DNA of 64,000 nucleotides. It comes from Octopus sinensis. Taxonomy: Eukaryota. A program made the position numbers and the translations under genes. The stretch is from positions 1-64,000 of the forward strand of contig NW_021834156.1 of assembly GCF_006345805.1 (NCBI RefSeq). Reading direction: 5' to 3'. Under the pieces are notes generated by a model. That model was not told where the DNA came from. It ran no database searches and worked only from the letters and a program-made list of their open reading frames with translations. Shown in pieces: positions 53,206 through 64,000 of this stretch; the stretch's first letter is position 1; the number at the start of each line of letters is the position of its first letter.

Positions 53206-54022
53206 GATATATATATATATATATATATATGAATATGTTTATTTATAATTAGGAACATAAAAGGTTAGCGTAATGCATGGCGTACTGCCCTGCCAGATTT
53301 TGCGCCAAGAACATCAATCGTAAATAGGAATCAATAATAGTAAATACAGGAGATTAGCTAGTACTGATGGCAGTGACGGCGGCAGCGGCGGTGATGATGG
53401 TGACGGTGGTGTTGATTTATGGTGATGGTGAGGATAATTGTGGTGGTGATTGTGATTGGGCTGGTGGTGGTGATGGCAGTGGTGTTGGATGTTGTTTGTG
53501 GTGGTAGGTGATTTAAATGGATACAATGATTAATGTGAGAGAATGTTATAAATAACGATTTAAAAATAGATACAAGCAGATCGATAGATTGGCAACATTG
53601 ATTGAGTCGTTGACAAACATTTTCGTTTAGATTCTGGGTTGAAATTTGATCGAGTGCAGCTTAAACTCCTTGGGCCGATGATAAATTAAAATAGTAGTGA
53701 AGAATAAAAGGGTGAAATTTAAGGTATTTCCCTGTCCTCAGTACTGAGTGTCTTTTGTCTTTGGTAGAAAGCATTCGAAAATTTAGAGAATCCAGTGACA
53801 TCTGTTGACAGATTCTGACGTCTGCAGGATTTAACTTTTCTTGTTTCACGTCCGCAGAGTTCGGTTTTTCTTGTTTTCGAGTCTATCACCTAAATGCTTG
53901 TAATACCATAATTTTGAATTTGATCCACTGTAAATTGCTCCCATGTGCACAAACTTAATGTTCTAGGTTCTTCTAGGTTCTTGTAAAAGATGGCGAGCTG
54001 GCAGAACTGTTATCACGCTAGG

Positions 54023-54410
54023 GAGGTGCAATGGCCCAGTGGTTAGGGCAGCGGACTCGCGGTCATAGGATCACGGTTTCGATTCCCAGACCGGGCGTTG
54101 TGAGTGTTTATTGAGCGAATACACCTAAAAGCTCCACGAGGCTCCGGCAGGGGATGGTGGTGATCCCTGATGTACTCTTTCACCACAACTTTCTCTCACT
54201 CTTACTTCCTGTTTCTGTTGTACCTGTATTTCAAAGGACCAGCCTTGTCACTCTCTGTGTCACGCTGAATATCCCCGAGAACTACGTTAAGGGTGCACGT
54301 GTCTGTGGAGTGCTCAGCCACTTACACGTTAATTTCACGAGCAGGCTGTTCCGTTGATTCGGATCAACCGGAACCCTCATCGTCGTAACCGACGGAGTGC
54401 TTCCATCCAT
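54023..54410 (+). mobile_element. SINE family D with third tail type, inserted into a SINE A head, 11-bp TSD
   Basis: TSD atcacgctagg at 54012-54022 and 54411-54421; short (CCAT)n tail; host SINE A sequence continues on both sides. Confidence 0.88.
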
Positions 54411-55058
54411 ATCACGCTAGGCAAAACGCTCATCGTCTTTACGTTCTGAGTTCAAATCCCCAACGCACTAGATTTTTGTCTTTCATTATTCCTACATCGG
54501 TAAAATAAGTTTCAGCTGAACACTGAGGCGAAGGAACTTAAATCCTCGCCTGAAATTATTCCGCTTCTGCGAAATTTTAAAACCAATATTCAGATTCTTG
54601 TACATGTGTGAGGTATCTTTTTGATTATTTGGTAAGGCGATTGGGTTTTTTGGATTGGCAAAATTGTTAGAATGCTCATTTATTCTGGCTCCTTGTGAAC
54701 CGAGATCAAATCTCGGCGAAACCGAATTTGCTTTATTTTTTTTCCTCTCCTGATAGATAAACTAAGATACCATTCAAATATTATGGTCAGCTTCACTTTT
54801 AATATTTTCGCGGTCGAAAAACTGAAGTAGGGTCGACGGTATCAACTGACCCCTTTCCATAAATTAGAAATATTTTTTCCAGCCGAGTTTAACTTGGTTA
54901 TTCATACTTTCGAGAGCACTACAATATAAGTACCAGCATGTATGTGTAGGTGTATGTATGTATGTATGTATGTATGTATGTATGTATGTATGTATGTATG
55001 TATGTATATGTATGTATGCATGCATGTATGTATTTATCTATCTATCTATTTGTCTAAC

Positions 55059-55090
<32 letters not shown>

Positions 55091-55093
<3 letters not shown>

Positions 55094-55295
55094 TCAAAAT
55101 GTGACCGCGTGTGTACCGTTGGCGATTTTTTTCTTCCGTCTTTCCTTCTCTGGATCTTTCCTTTTCCTATGTTTCTGGCGAAGAGCTCCGCTCGAAACGT
55201 AAAACCCTCCTTCTTCCCTTCCTTCATGAGCGTCCAATAATACTATATTTGTTTCACGTCCTCGCGTTGTTGTGTCTTCATGTTTGGATTAACTT
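55091..55295 (+). mobile_element. Short (TA)n-embedded unit carrying a hammerhead-like motif (55171-55205)
   Basis: gttt-CTGGCGA-a-GAGC tcc GCTC-GAAAC-GTA-aaac; homologous to 21497-21700 and the 5' part of 45390-45625. Confidence 0.75.
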
Positions 55296-55329
55296 TATAT
55301 ATATATATATATGAAAGTAACCAACCATG

Positions 55330-55524
55330 TAAATGCGAACAGACATCAAATAAACCTTCCCGCACTTAGATGCATACCATGTAGCGATCATTTGGACACC
55401 TGTGCACAATGAAAATTTACAATTTTCAATCTACATAATAATAAACGAAGAGAACGACCTTCTCTGGAAGGCAAAAGAAGAATATTTCATAAGATTTCTG
55501 AGTCCGAAACTAAACCGGAAATAG
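55330..55524 (+). pseudogene. Penelope-like element GIY-YIG endonuclease C-terminal fragment
   Basis: NRHQINLPALRCIPCSDHLDTCAQ*KFTIF / YIIINEENDLLWKAKEEYFIRFLSPKLNRK*. This resembles the PLE endonuclease end (H..C...F.I.P.Y....R...E..FI....P.LN) and lies directly after a hammerhead unit. Confidence 0.7.
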
Positions 55525-56606
55525 TCAACAACAATTTGACTGAAAACAACTTCCACTCTATATAATAACACGGGCTTGAAAAAATCAAGAACTGAAAGTG
55601 CTTGCACATCTATAAAAACAAAGCCCACACACATTTTGTTAAATCTCTTCCCAAAGGTTAGGGTCTTCCAGCTTTCTAAAGAGGTTCTTTTCTCAATCTT
55701 AACTCTTTGAGAAAAAGGCTTCTCTCCAAATGTTTTAACTACCCACAAGTGACTAAACATAGAGCTGACAAACAAGGACAGACAAAGGGATTAAGTCGAT
55801 TACATAGACCCCAGTGAGAAAGGATGAAATACAAAGTCAACCTCGGCGGAATTTGAACTCAGAACGTAGCGACATACGAAATACTGCTAAACATTTCGCC
55901 CGGCGTGCTAACGTTTCTGCCATCTCGCCGCCTATCTGTTCACACACACACACACACGCGCATATATATATAAATGAATATATGCATTTTGTGTTTTCGT
56001 GTGTGTATTGTGTGTGTGTGTGTGCGTATGTGTGTGTGTGTGTACATGCTTGTGTGTGCATGCTTGTGTGTGTCTTTGTGTTTGTATTTATGGCACTCAA
56101 GTTGAAAGTCGCTTTTGATTTGTCTACGTCTCAGTAACTCAGCGGATCGGCGCAAGAGACCGATAGAGTAAATACTGGACTTAAAAATAAATTCTGGAGT
56201 CGATTTGTTCGGCTAAACCCTTCAAGGTAATGTCCTTGCATGAGCCCAGTCAACTGAATATACAAGGAGCTGTTAAATGATAAAAGACTGAAACGCAATA
56301 TACTTTCACACCTCTTATCTTCATCTATAATGTGTACTTTCGGTATTCATATCTAAACTACGTTTATTTCAAACGTATTGTATGCTGAACACTTTGCCAT
56401 ATAAGTGTCATTTTTTAAAGTAAGTTGTGATAGATTATCGAAATTTGATTATAATTTCTAGCAGGTCGAAATCCATATAAGAAGTTCCTCCATTGATTCG
56501 ACTCGCGCAACATCTGTTGCTCCCTTGCTCACTACATCAGCCTCGCTGTCATTTCAAACTGACAACGCCAAAACCGTGCAACACCGCAGTATCTGCATGA
56601 CTGCTG

Positions 56607-56927
56607 TTTTATTTCATTCATGCGCCCATTTCAAGCCTGCCCAGGCTCATGGGCCCGGTTTCCCGGTTTCTATGACGCATGTGTTCCTCTCCCACAGCTG
56701 GACGGGACGCCAGTCCATCGCAGCGTTTATTCAAGAAACAGGAAGAAAGAGTGAGAGAAAGTTGGGGCAAAAGAGTACAACAGGGGTCGCCACCACCCCC
56801 TGCCGGAGCCTCATGGGGCTTTAGGTGTTTTCGTTCAATAAACACACACAACGTCTGATCTGGGAATCGAAACCGCGACACTCCGACCGCGAGTCCGCTG
56901 CCCTAACCACTGGGTCATTGCGCCTCC
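56607..56927 (-). mobile_element. SINE family D (same tail type as 14487-14792)
   Basis: Reverse complement gives ggaggcgcaatgacccagtggttaggg...gcgatggactggcgtcccgtccagc...gggcgcatgaatgaaataaaa. Confidence 0.85.
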
Positions 56928-58240
56928 ACGTATGATGGCTATAACTTAAATTAAACACCGTATGACTAGAACTCCATCTGCAGACCGCCAGTATCTCTCC
57001 CCAGCAATATCGGGGGTAGAGAATTTGTGGGATTGATAGGGACATCGCGTACATTAATTTGTGGTATTTTTTTTTTACGTAGTGTACGTGTCTTTGTCAT
57101 TAGATTATATCCAGCATTCATACATCCGCAATTTATCACACTGTGTGATACTGTTTCTGTTTGATGTCAAATACATTTATGATGCACGCGTCTGAGAAGC
57201 ACGACCATGGTGGAACGGTGAAGAAATTTGCTTCGTGGCATGGAGTCTTGAGCAGCTGTCACATTGAATAGCCTCGGGTTAACTAATAACATGTGAGGGA
57301 AATTCGGTGCAGGAACGCTGTACATAAGCTACGGGGTAGATTGTGCTGGGAATTTAATGGCAGAGCTTTGTCGCACAGTGTTACGCCTATTAAGGTTTCA
57401 TGCTTCTGTGAAATCCACAGCCGTCGACATGCTAATTGAACAGCAGGAGCTTGGTTGATCGATTAAACGAATCCACGTCGTCATACGACGAAGATCGACG
57501 ACCCCCAGGTCTTCGAAGAAAATTCAACCGCTTACAGGTCAATTTCACAAACAACTGAGAGGACCTCGCCGAGAGTGACGGACGGAGAGAACCATCCACC
57601 ACAGCTGAATATCATACTCCGCTCTACACACAGCTTCCTCCCCAGCCTCGCTCTTCATCCTTCCCCTTCACCTTCCTCTTCTTCTAATCAATAATCCTAA
57701 ATATGGAGCTTAGCTGCGAGAAACTTTAAATAGATACATTGATTAATCTGGATGGGTTTGCCAATAATACTTTTAAAAATTGAAAATACACACAAATCGA
57801 TAACTAAAAATCAGAAATCAAAAACAAATAAATGAATATAATGAGTAAATAAATAAATAATTTTTATTTATTATATCCGTTTTTTTTTTGTCTTTTTAAT
57901 TGTATTTCACTTTAGTATTCTTCAAATATTTTTGTTTGTGCTTTATGGTATGGCTTCAACCAAAATTCTTTGTTTAATTTATTTTTATTATTTTTTTTAT
58001 CATCATTCCTTTTAACTGTTAACTCTAATGAGCGATAAATACAATGGAATATTGTATATCAAACAAACGTGTTTAAAAATAAACACATTCGTAACAATGA
58101 TTCGCTAAACACAAATATTAGCATATTGTATATTAACACTCTAACTGTGTGGGAAATATAAATGGATAATGTAATAAGTACACGATGCAACAGACAAAAC
58201 CTTTTACATTTTATATAGCTATTATTACAAAGCTATAGTT

Positions 58241-58790
58241 AAGACAGCGAGCTGGTAGAATCGTTAGCACGCCGGGCGAAATGCTTAGCAGTATTTCGTC
58301 TGCCGCTACGTTCTGAGTTCAAATTCCGCCGAGGTCGACTTTGCCTTTCATCCTTTCGGGGTCGATAAATTAAGTACCGGTTACGCACTGGGGTCGATGT
58401 AATCGACTTAATCCCTTTGTCTGTCCTTGTTTGTCTCCTTTGTGTTTAGCCCCTTGTGGGTAGTAAAGAAATAGGTATTTCGTCTGCCGCTACGTTCTGA
58501 GGGTCAAATTCCGCCGAGGTCCACTTTGCCTTTCATCCTTTCGGGGTCGATAAATTAAGTACCAGTTTCGCACTGGGGTCGATGTAATCGACTTAATCCG
58601 TTTGTCTGTCCTTGTTTGTCCCCTCTATGTTAATCCTCTTGTGGGCAATAAAGAAATAAGAATCGTTAGCACGCTGGACGAAATGCTTAGTGGTATTTCG
58701 CACGTCGCTGCATTCTGAGTTCAAATTCCGCCGAGATCGAATTTTCCTTTCGGGGCCGATAAATGAAGAACGAGTTGAACACTGTGGGAT
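58241..58790 (+). mobile_element. Head-to-tail SINE family A multimer
   Basis: Same aaagaaataggtatttcgtct junction (~58467-58490) as the 12-kb array. Confidence 0.85.
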
Positions 58791-59710
58791 CTATTTGATC
58801 GACATATCTTCTCCCCACAAATGTCTGCCCTTGTGTCAAAATTTAAAGCTGTAATTATAAAGCTACTTAACAAAAAATAATGCTATATGTATTTAGATAG
58901 GTAACATGTTCCCGTGTTCTATTCAGTCACTCTCCTACCGTAACTCTTTGGGCACCATACGTTTTGTCATGAAATCTTTATCAAGAATGTCAAATCTGAG
59001 GTTGCTTTTTTGGTAATCCCTGTATTATTGATGTATTTTTCTGAGTGTATTTTCACCATTTTATCGTTCTGTTATTTTTCTTTCCATGTTGCTTTCTTTT
59101 TCGTTAATCTTCTGAATAGCCATGCAATTGAGCTCAGAGGCAGCTATGGGAACTGTCATCTGTGTGTTGACGTGTTGCTGAGAAGTGTGCTTCGAAAAGA
59201 TGTAATGTTAGTGATCGATTTTTTTTGCGAAGAAATTTTTGACAATTAAGCGCTAAATTCCATAACCACGATTCGATCGGGGTCACTATAATATGAAATT
59301 CAAAGTAAATGCGAGAAATCCGGTCATAGACTAAGAGATCTTCACGTAGTTACTCGTATGGACTACTAGAAATAGTAGCTAAATGTCTTTCCACTCATAA
59401 CAGTCTGTCTCAACAAAATAAATCGCATTGAATAATGCGGACATAGGGTCCTTGTGTGAAGGACATAGTGCGATATCCAGCTGTGGCTATTGATTCTCTT
59501 CGTCCATCATTCGACGACGATCCATTCAGTTGTTTATGAAATTGACCTGTAAGCCGTTGAATATTCTACAGAGACGTGTGGCGGAGGATCTTCGTCGTTT
59601 AACGACGAAGACTCGTTTGATCGATCAACAGTTGTTCACATCTGGAATACCTTCTATTTTAGGACTGATAGATAAGTAAATTATTTACATTATTTATCTT
59701 ATTTATCATT

Positions 59711-59772
<62 letters not shown>

Positions 59773-59788
59773 TATTATTATTATTATG

Positions 59789-59840
<52 letters not shown>

Positions 59841-59919
59841 TCACTGCCTGGAATTGAACTCGGAATCTTGGTGTTACTCTTGAAGAGTATATGAGCATAC
59901 CTAGATGTGCAACACCGTG

Positions 59920-60460
59920 CATAAGAAGACATACATAAAACAGAGCATACACGTCTGCACACATACATACACATACACACACATACATACATACACACAC
60001 ACACATATATACATACATGCATACATACATACATACACACACATACATACATACATACACACATACATACATATATACATACTTACATACATACATACAT
60101 ACATACATACTTACATATATACATACACACATACATACATACACATACTTACATACATCCACACATATACATACATACACACACATACATGCATACATAC
60201 ATACATACATACATACATACACACATACATACATACATACACACACATACATACATACATACATACATACATACATACATACATACATACATACATACAT
60301 ACATACATACACACATACATACATACATACATACATACACACATAATACATACATATATACACACACACATACACACATACGTACATAAATACATACATA
60401 CATACATACATACATACATACATACATACATACATACATACATACATACATAAATGCATA
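59920..60460. repeat. (TACA)n compound microsatellite
   Basis: Direct inspection; explains the HTYI / MYVC ORFs. Others at ~28190-28265 and 54950-55030. Confidence 0.95.
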
Positions 60461-61348
60461 CATAGCCTGTTGTTGAGGCTGAAATTTCAATGAAGGAGTC
60501 TTGGATATAGGTTACAAACTGGCGATTTCTCTATTGGCAAAAAATCTTGAAATAAAACTGAAAACGTACATACAGACATACACACACACACAGAGAAACA
60601 TATACATACATGTATGTAAGTATGTATGTACTGACATTAGTACGACATGTATGTGATTGTATTCTTTTGATTACAATGAATACCGCTGTAGACACTAGTG
60701 GCCTGAGTGCATCAACATGTCCCCATGACAAGCAGGAAACAAATATATAACTGTCAGTACTTCGAGCACTGCAAAATACAAGATGCTAAAAGCAAATCTT
60801 TGTATATATTACGTATACAACATTTGTATATCATGTGTGTTTACGACGTCTTCATCATATGATATATTAAGCAGGAATATAATTAGTCGTAGTGAGGTAA
60901 CATTCGGTTTTATAAGAAGATATTCAGATGAGAGTATTACATTCTAAAATATCAAAAGTATTAATATATACTGCTAAACATACGAGAATTCTTTCGGATA
61001 AACCAATATGAAGAAACAAGATGACGTCTATATTATGTGATGAAACTCTGGGAGAAGTTTTTTAAATCATTCTGTAAACAAGAAGATTGTTCAGCACATC
61101 TTCAGTGGAAGAGGCTTTCTATTTCAGTTCTTGTATATTCGATGTACATGCACAGGTGCGCGCACGCACACACACACATACACACAAACGCAAGCACATG
61201 CTTACACATGCTACTGCGCGAGTATCCGCGTATAGATGCACACATACAACATACATGCATACATACGTATACATACACATATGCGAACTTATATATATAT
61301 ATACATATATAATGTGTTGGTGCATTCACACATGTATGCATATATAGG

Positions 61349-61410
<62 letters not shown>

Positions 61411-61526
61411 ACGCACCTCTCTATCTCTGTAAATATATACTATATATGCATATATATATGTAAACATATATAAATGAGTGTGTATGTGCGTATGTGTATA
61501 ATGCATATATACATACACATATATAC

Positions 61527-61586
<60 letters not shown>

Positions 61587-61603
61587 ATATATGTGTATGT
61601 ATA

Positions 61604-61672
<69 letters not shown>

Positions 61673-62471
61673 GTATATATATATATGTATATGCATATAT
61701 GTATATATGTATGTATATATACATATATAGATATATGTATACACGTATATATATAATATAATCATGCAAAATTACTTGACGAGGTGTCATATTAAATATT
61801 GTTTTGGATTTCAGTTTACACCTTTTTACTTCCTTTCTGAGTTTTCTTCCCTTTCTGTCTTTCGTTCTTTCTTCCGCTTTTCTTTCTTTCTTTATTCTTT
61901 TCTTTCTGTGTCTCCCATCAATTCCCGGACGCAGCTTACGTGTAACCTGAACTAAAACTACAGCAACCTTAAGAAAAGGGGACAATGGAGTAGGTAAAGG
62001 AAGACAAGGGGAGATAAAGCAAAAGAAGAAAAAGGAAATAAGAGGAAGAGACGGAAGTGAGATGAGGAGTGACATCTAGAAAGATCTAAATATTTGATTG
62101 AATCTCCAAGAAAACTGACAGTAATAAAGTATAGCAAGAAAAATAGGGAAAAAGGATGTGACAGAAATTGATAAAATGTGAAATATATGAGACTAGGAGA
62201 GCGAGAATAAGAAAGAGAGTGAAAAATATAGAGAGAGACAATGAGAAACGAAGAAATTATGCGGAAGAGAGACAAGGAAGAAGAGAAAGAGTTGCAGTGA
62301 GAAAGAGGAAATAGAAACATTAGTTTTACTACATTAACTAACCAGGTTCAGATATTTTTATGTGTATGGTAAAGTATTGATATACGAGGAGACCAATGTG
62401 TATCTAAAACACCACGACTCATTGTATAAACACTGGTATAAACAGATAGACTGTTATATATATATATATAC

Positions 62472-62596
<125 letters not shown>

Positions 62597-62727
62597 CAGA
62601 TAGATAGAGAGATAGATAGATAGATAGAGAGAGATAGATAGATAGAGAGATAGATAGAGAGATAGATGGATAGATAGATAGATAGATAGAACAATCGATA
62701 GATAGATAGACGGATAGATAGATAGAC

Positions 62728-62801
<74 letters not shown>

Positions 62802-62828
62802 GCGGATAGATAGATAGATAGATAGATA

Positions 62829-62900
62829 TGTTTCTTTATTAGCCACACAGGGCTGCACACAGATAGAACAAATTACAAGGTAGAGCTTTTCTTTTGAAGG

Positions 62901-62939
<39 letters not shown>

Positions 62940-64000
62940 AAGGGAGGTTCGATCAAAAGGGATCGTAAAAGGAGAGAAAGAGGACAAAAATAAGGGGGGT
63001 TAATAAAAAAAAAATAAAAAAAAGGGGGGGGGGGGAGAGGAAAAAAAAAAATGATCAATAGGGATCGTTATCACAGAAATGTCAATATGAAGTGTAAAGG
63101 GGGAGGACAGGTGAGGTTACCCGTGGAAAAGAAAAGCCTGCGGAAAAGACCACGGTAACCTCGGTCAATGAAGTCACATTTTATATTTCTTTTTTTTTTT
63201 TTTTTTTTTTTTTGCAAATAAGCAACTCTCTGTTTTCGATTTCTGGGTTCATAGGACTCTGCTCAAGGTGGCTTCGTCATTCATACGTGCCATTCTTGCT
63301 ACATTCACCCATCTTTTTTAAAAACATTCGCTAGACAAAACTGCCTCTCTACTCTCACTTTCCTTTTCAAGTGGTACTTGAAGAAGTTGATGAGAGATTG
63401 ACCAGAGAGGAAAGTGTTTGTCTCCAATCCTTTCAGACGCGTCCACCAGATACATTCTTTCGCCATAGCCACAAGGATGATGAAAATATCTTCCTTCCGT
63501 TTGAAGGAAGGAGGCGTGACAATATTGACGATAGACTCAGCTGATAAACCGACTCGTCCCACACGTGACAGCAGTTGTTCGACATAAGCCCACAGGTCGG
63601 AAATTGTTGGACACTGAACGAGTGCGTGCAGAACGGTTTCGTCGCTCTGACCGCATCTCGGGCAGGTCGGCCCCGTGTTTCTCGAGCCGTGTCTGTAGAG
63701 CTTATCCCGAACGGGTAGCGCTTCTCGTAGCACTGCCAGGCCAGGGATCTCTGGAAGTTGTCCATGGGCCCTGGCCCGAAAGTCCCGAACAGGCGGGTCA
63801 GGTACTCCTCGTCGACGTCCAGGTTCGCCCCGAGACTCGCTCGTCGTCGTACCTCCCCTCCACTAAACCTCTATAGAATGCTTTGGTTGTGTTGAAGTCA
63901 CTTAAGGTTGACCCAGGACGGCCAGAGTTGCTTGAGAGCAACGCGACACTCGCGGTGCCATTCGCCTTCCTCGGCCTCTTTTTGTCCCACGACTGCATTC
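62829..64000 (-). mobile_element. 3' portion of Tx1/L1-group LINE (ORF2 C-terminus with CCHC zinc knuckle, 3' UTR), running off the window
   Basis: REALPVRDKLYRHG...TCPRCGQSDETVLHALVQCP...LW (C-x2-C-x7-H-x4-C, zf-RVT-like) in 63305-63733, with frameshifted upstream frames. ORF ends ~63250. The 3' UTR has a stem-loop (63113-63162) and AATAAA (62835-62840, minus) immediately before (TATC)n. Confidence 0.85.

Noticed and set aside
55431-55775. 114-aa minus-strand ORF that looks like a globular protein
   Set aside because: It is antisense to the Penelope GIY-YIG remnant and its 3' flank; no recognisable domain.

Overview
AT-rich, microsatellite-saturated animal genomic DNA with no confidently identifiable host gene, most likely intronic or intergenic. 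The tRNA-headed SINE families and repeat landscape look like an octopus (coleoid cephalopod) genome; this is recognition from memory, not a database result. Nearly all ORFs in the supplied track are translations of (TA)n, (CA)n, (AAT)n, (GATA)n or (TACA)n tracts. All recognisable coding remnants are transposon-derived: two mariner, two Tc1 and one maT-like transposase pseudogenes, CR1-like, RTE, Tx1/L1-like and RLE (R4/Dong-like) LINE fragments, and a Penelope-type GIY-YIG fragment. There are also piggyBac-, pogo- and Helentron-type non-autonomous elements. The most interesting structures are: (1) a population of minimal type I hammerhead ribozyme motifs in short Penelope-associated units, including one with an intact core and one inside a 335-bp unit bounded by 28-bp direct repeats; (2) an 8-copy array of an ~85-bp palindromic unit separated by variable (TA)n spacers; (3) an apparent partitioning of retroelement families by microsatellite type (AAT, TA, GATA), including a ~550-bp non-tRNA, non-coding element embedded in (AAT)n.
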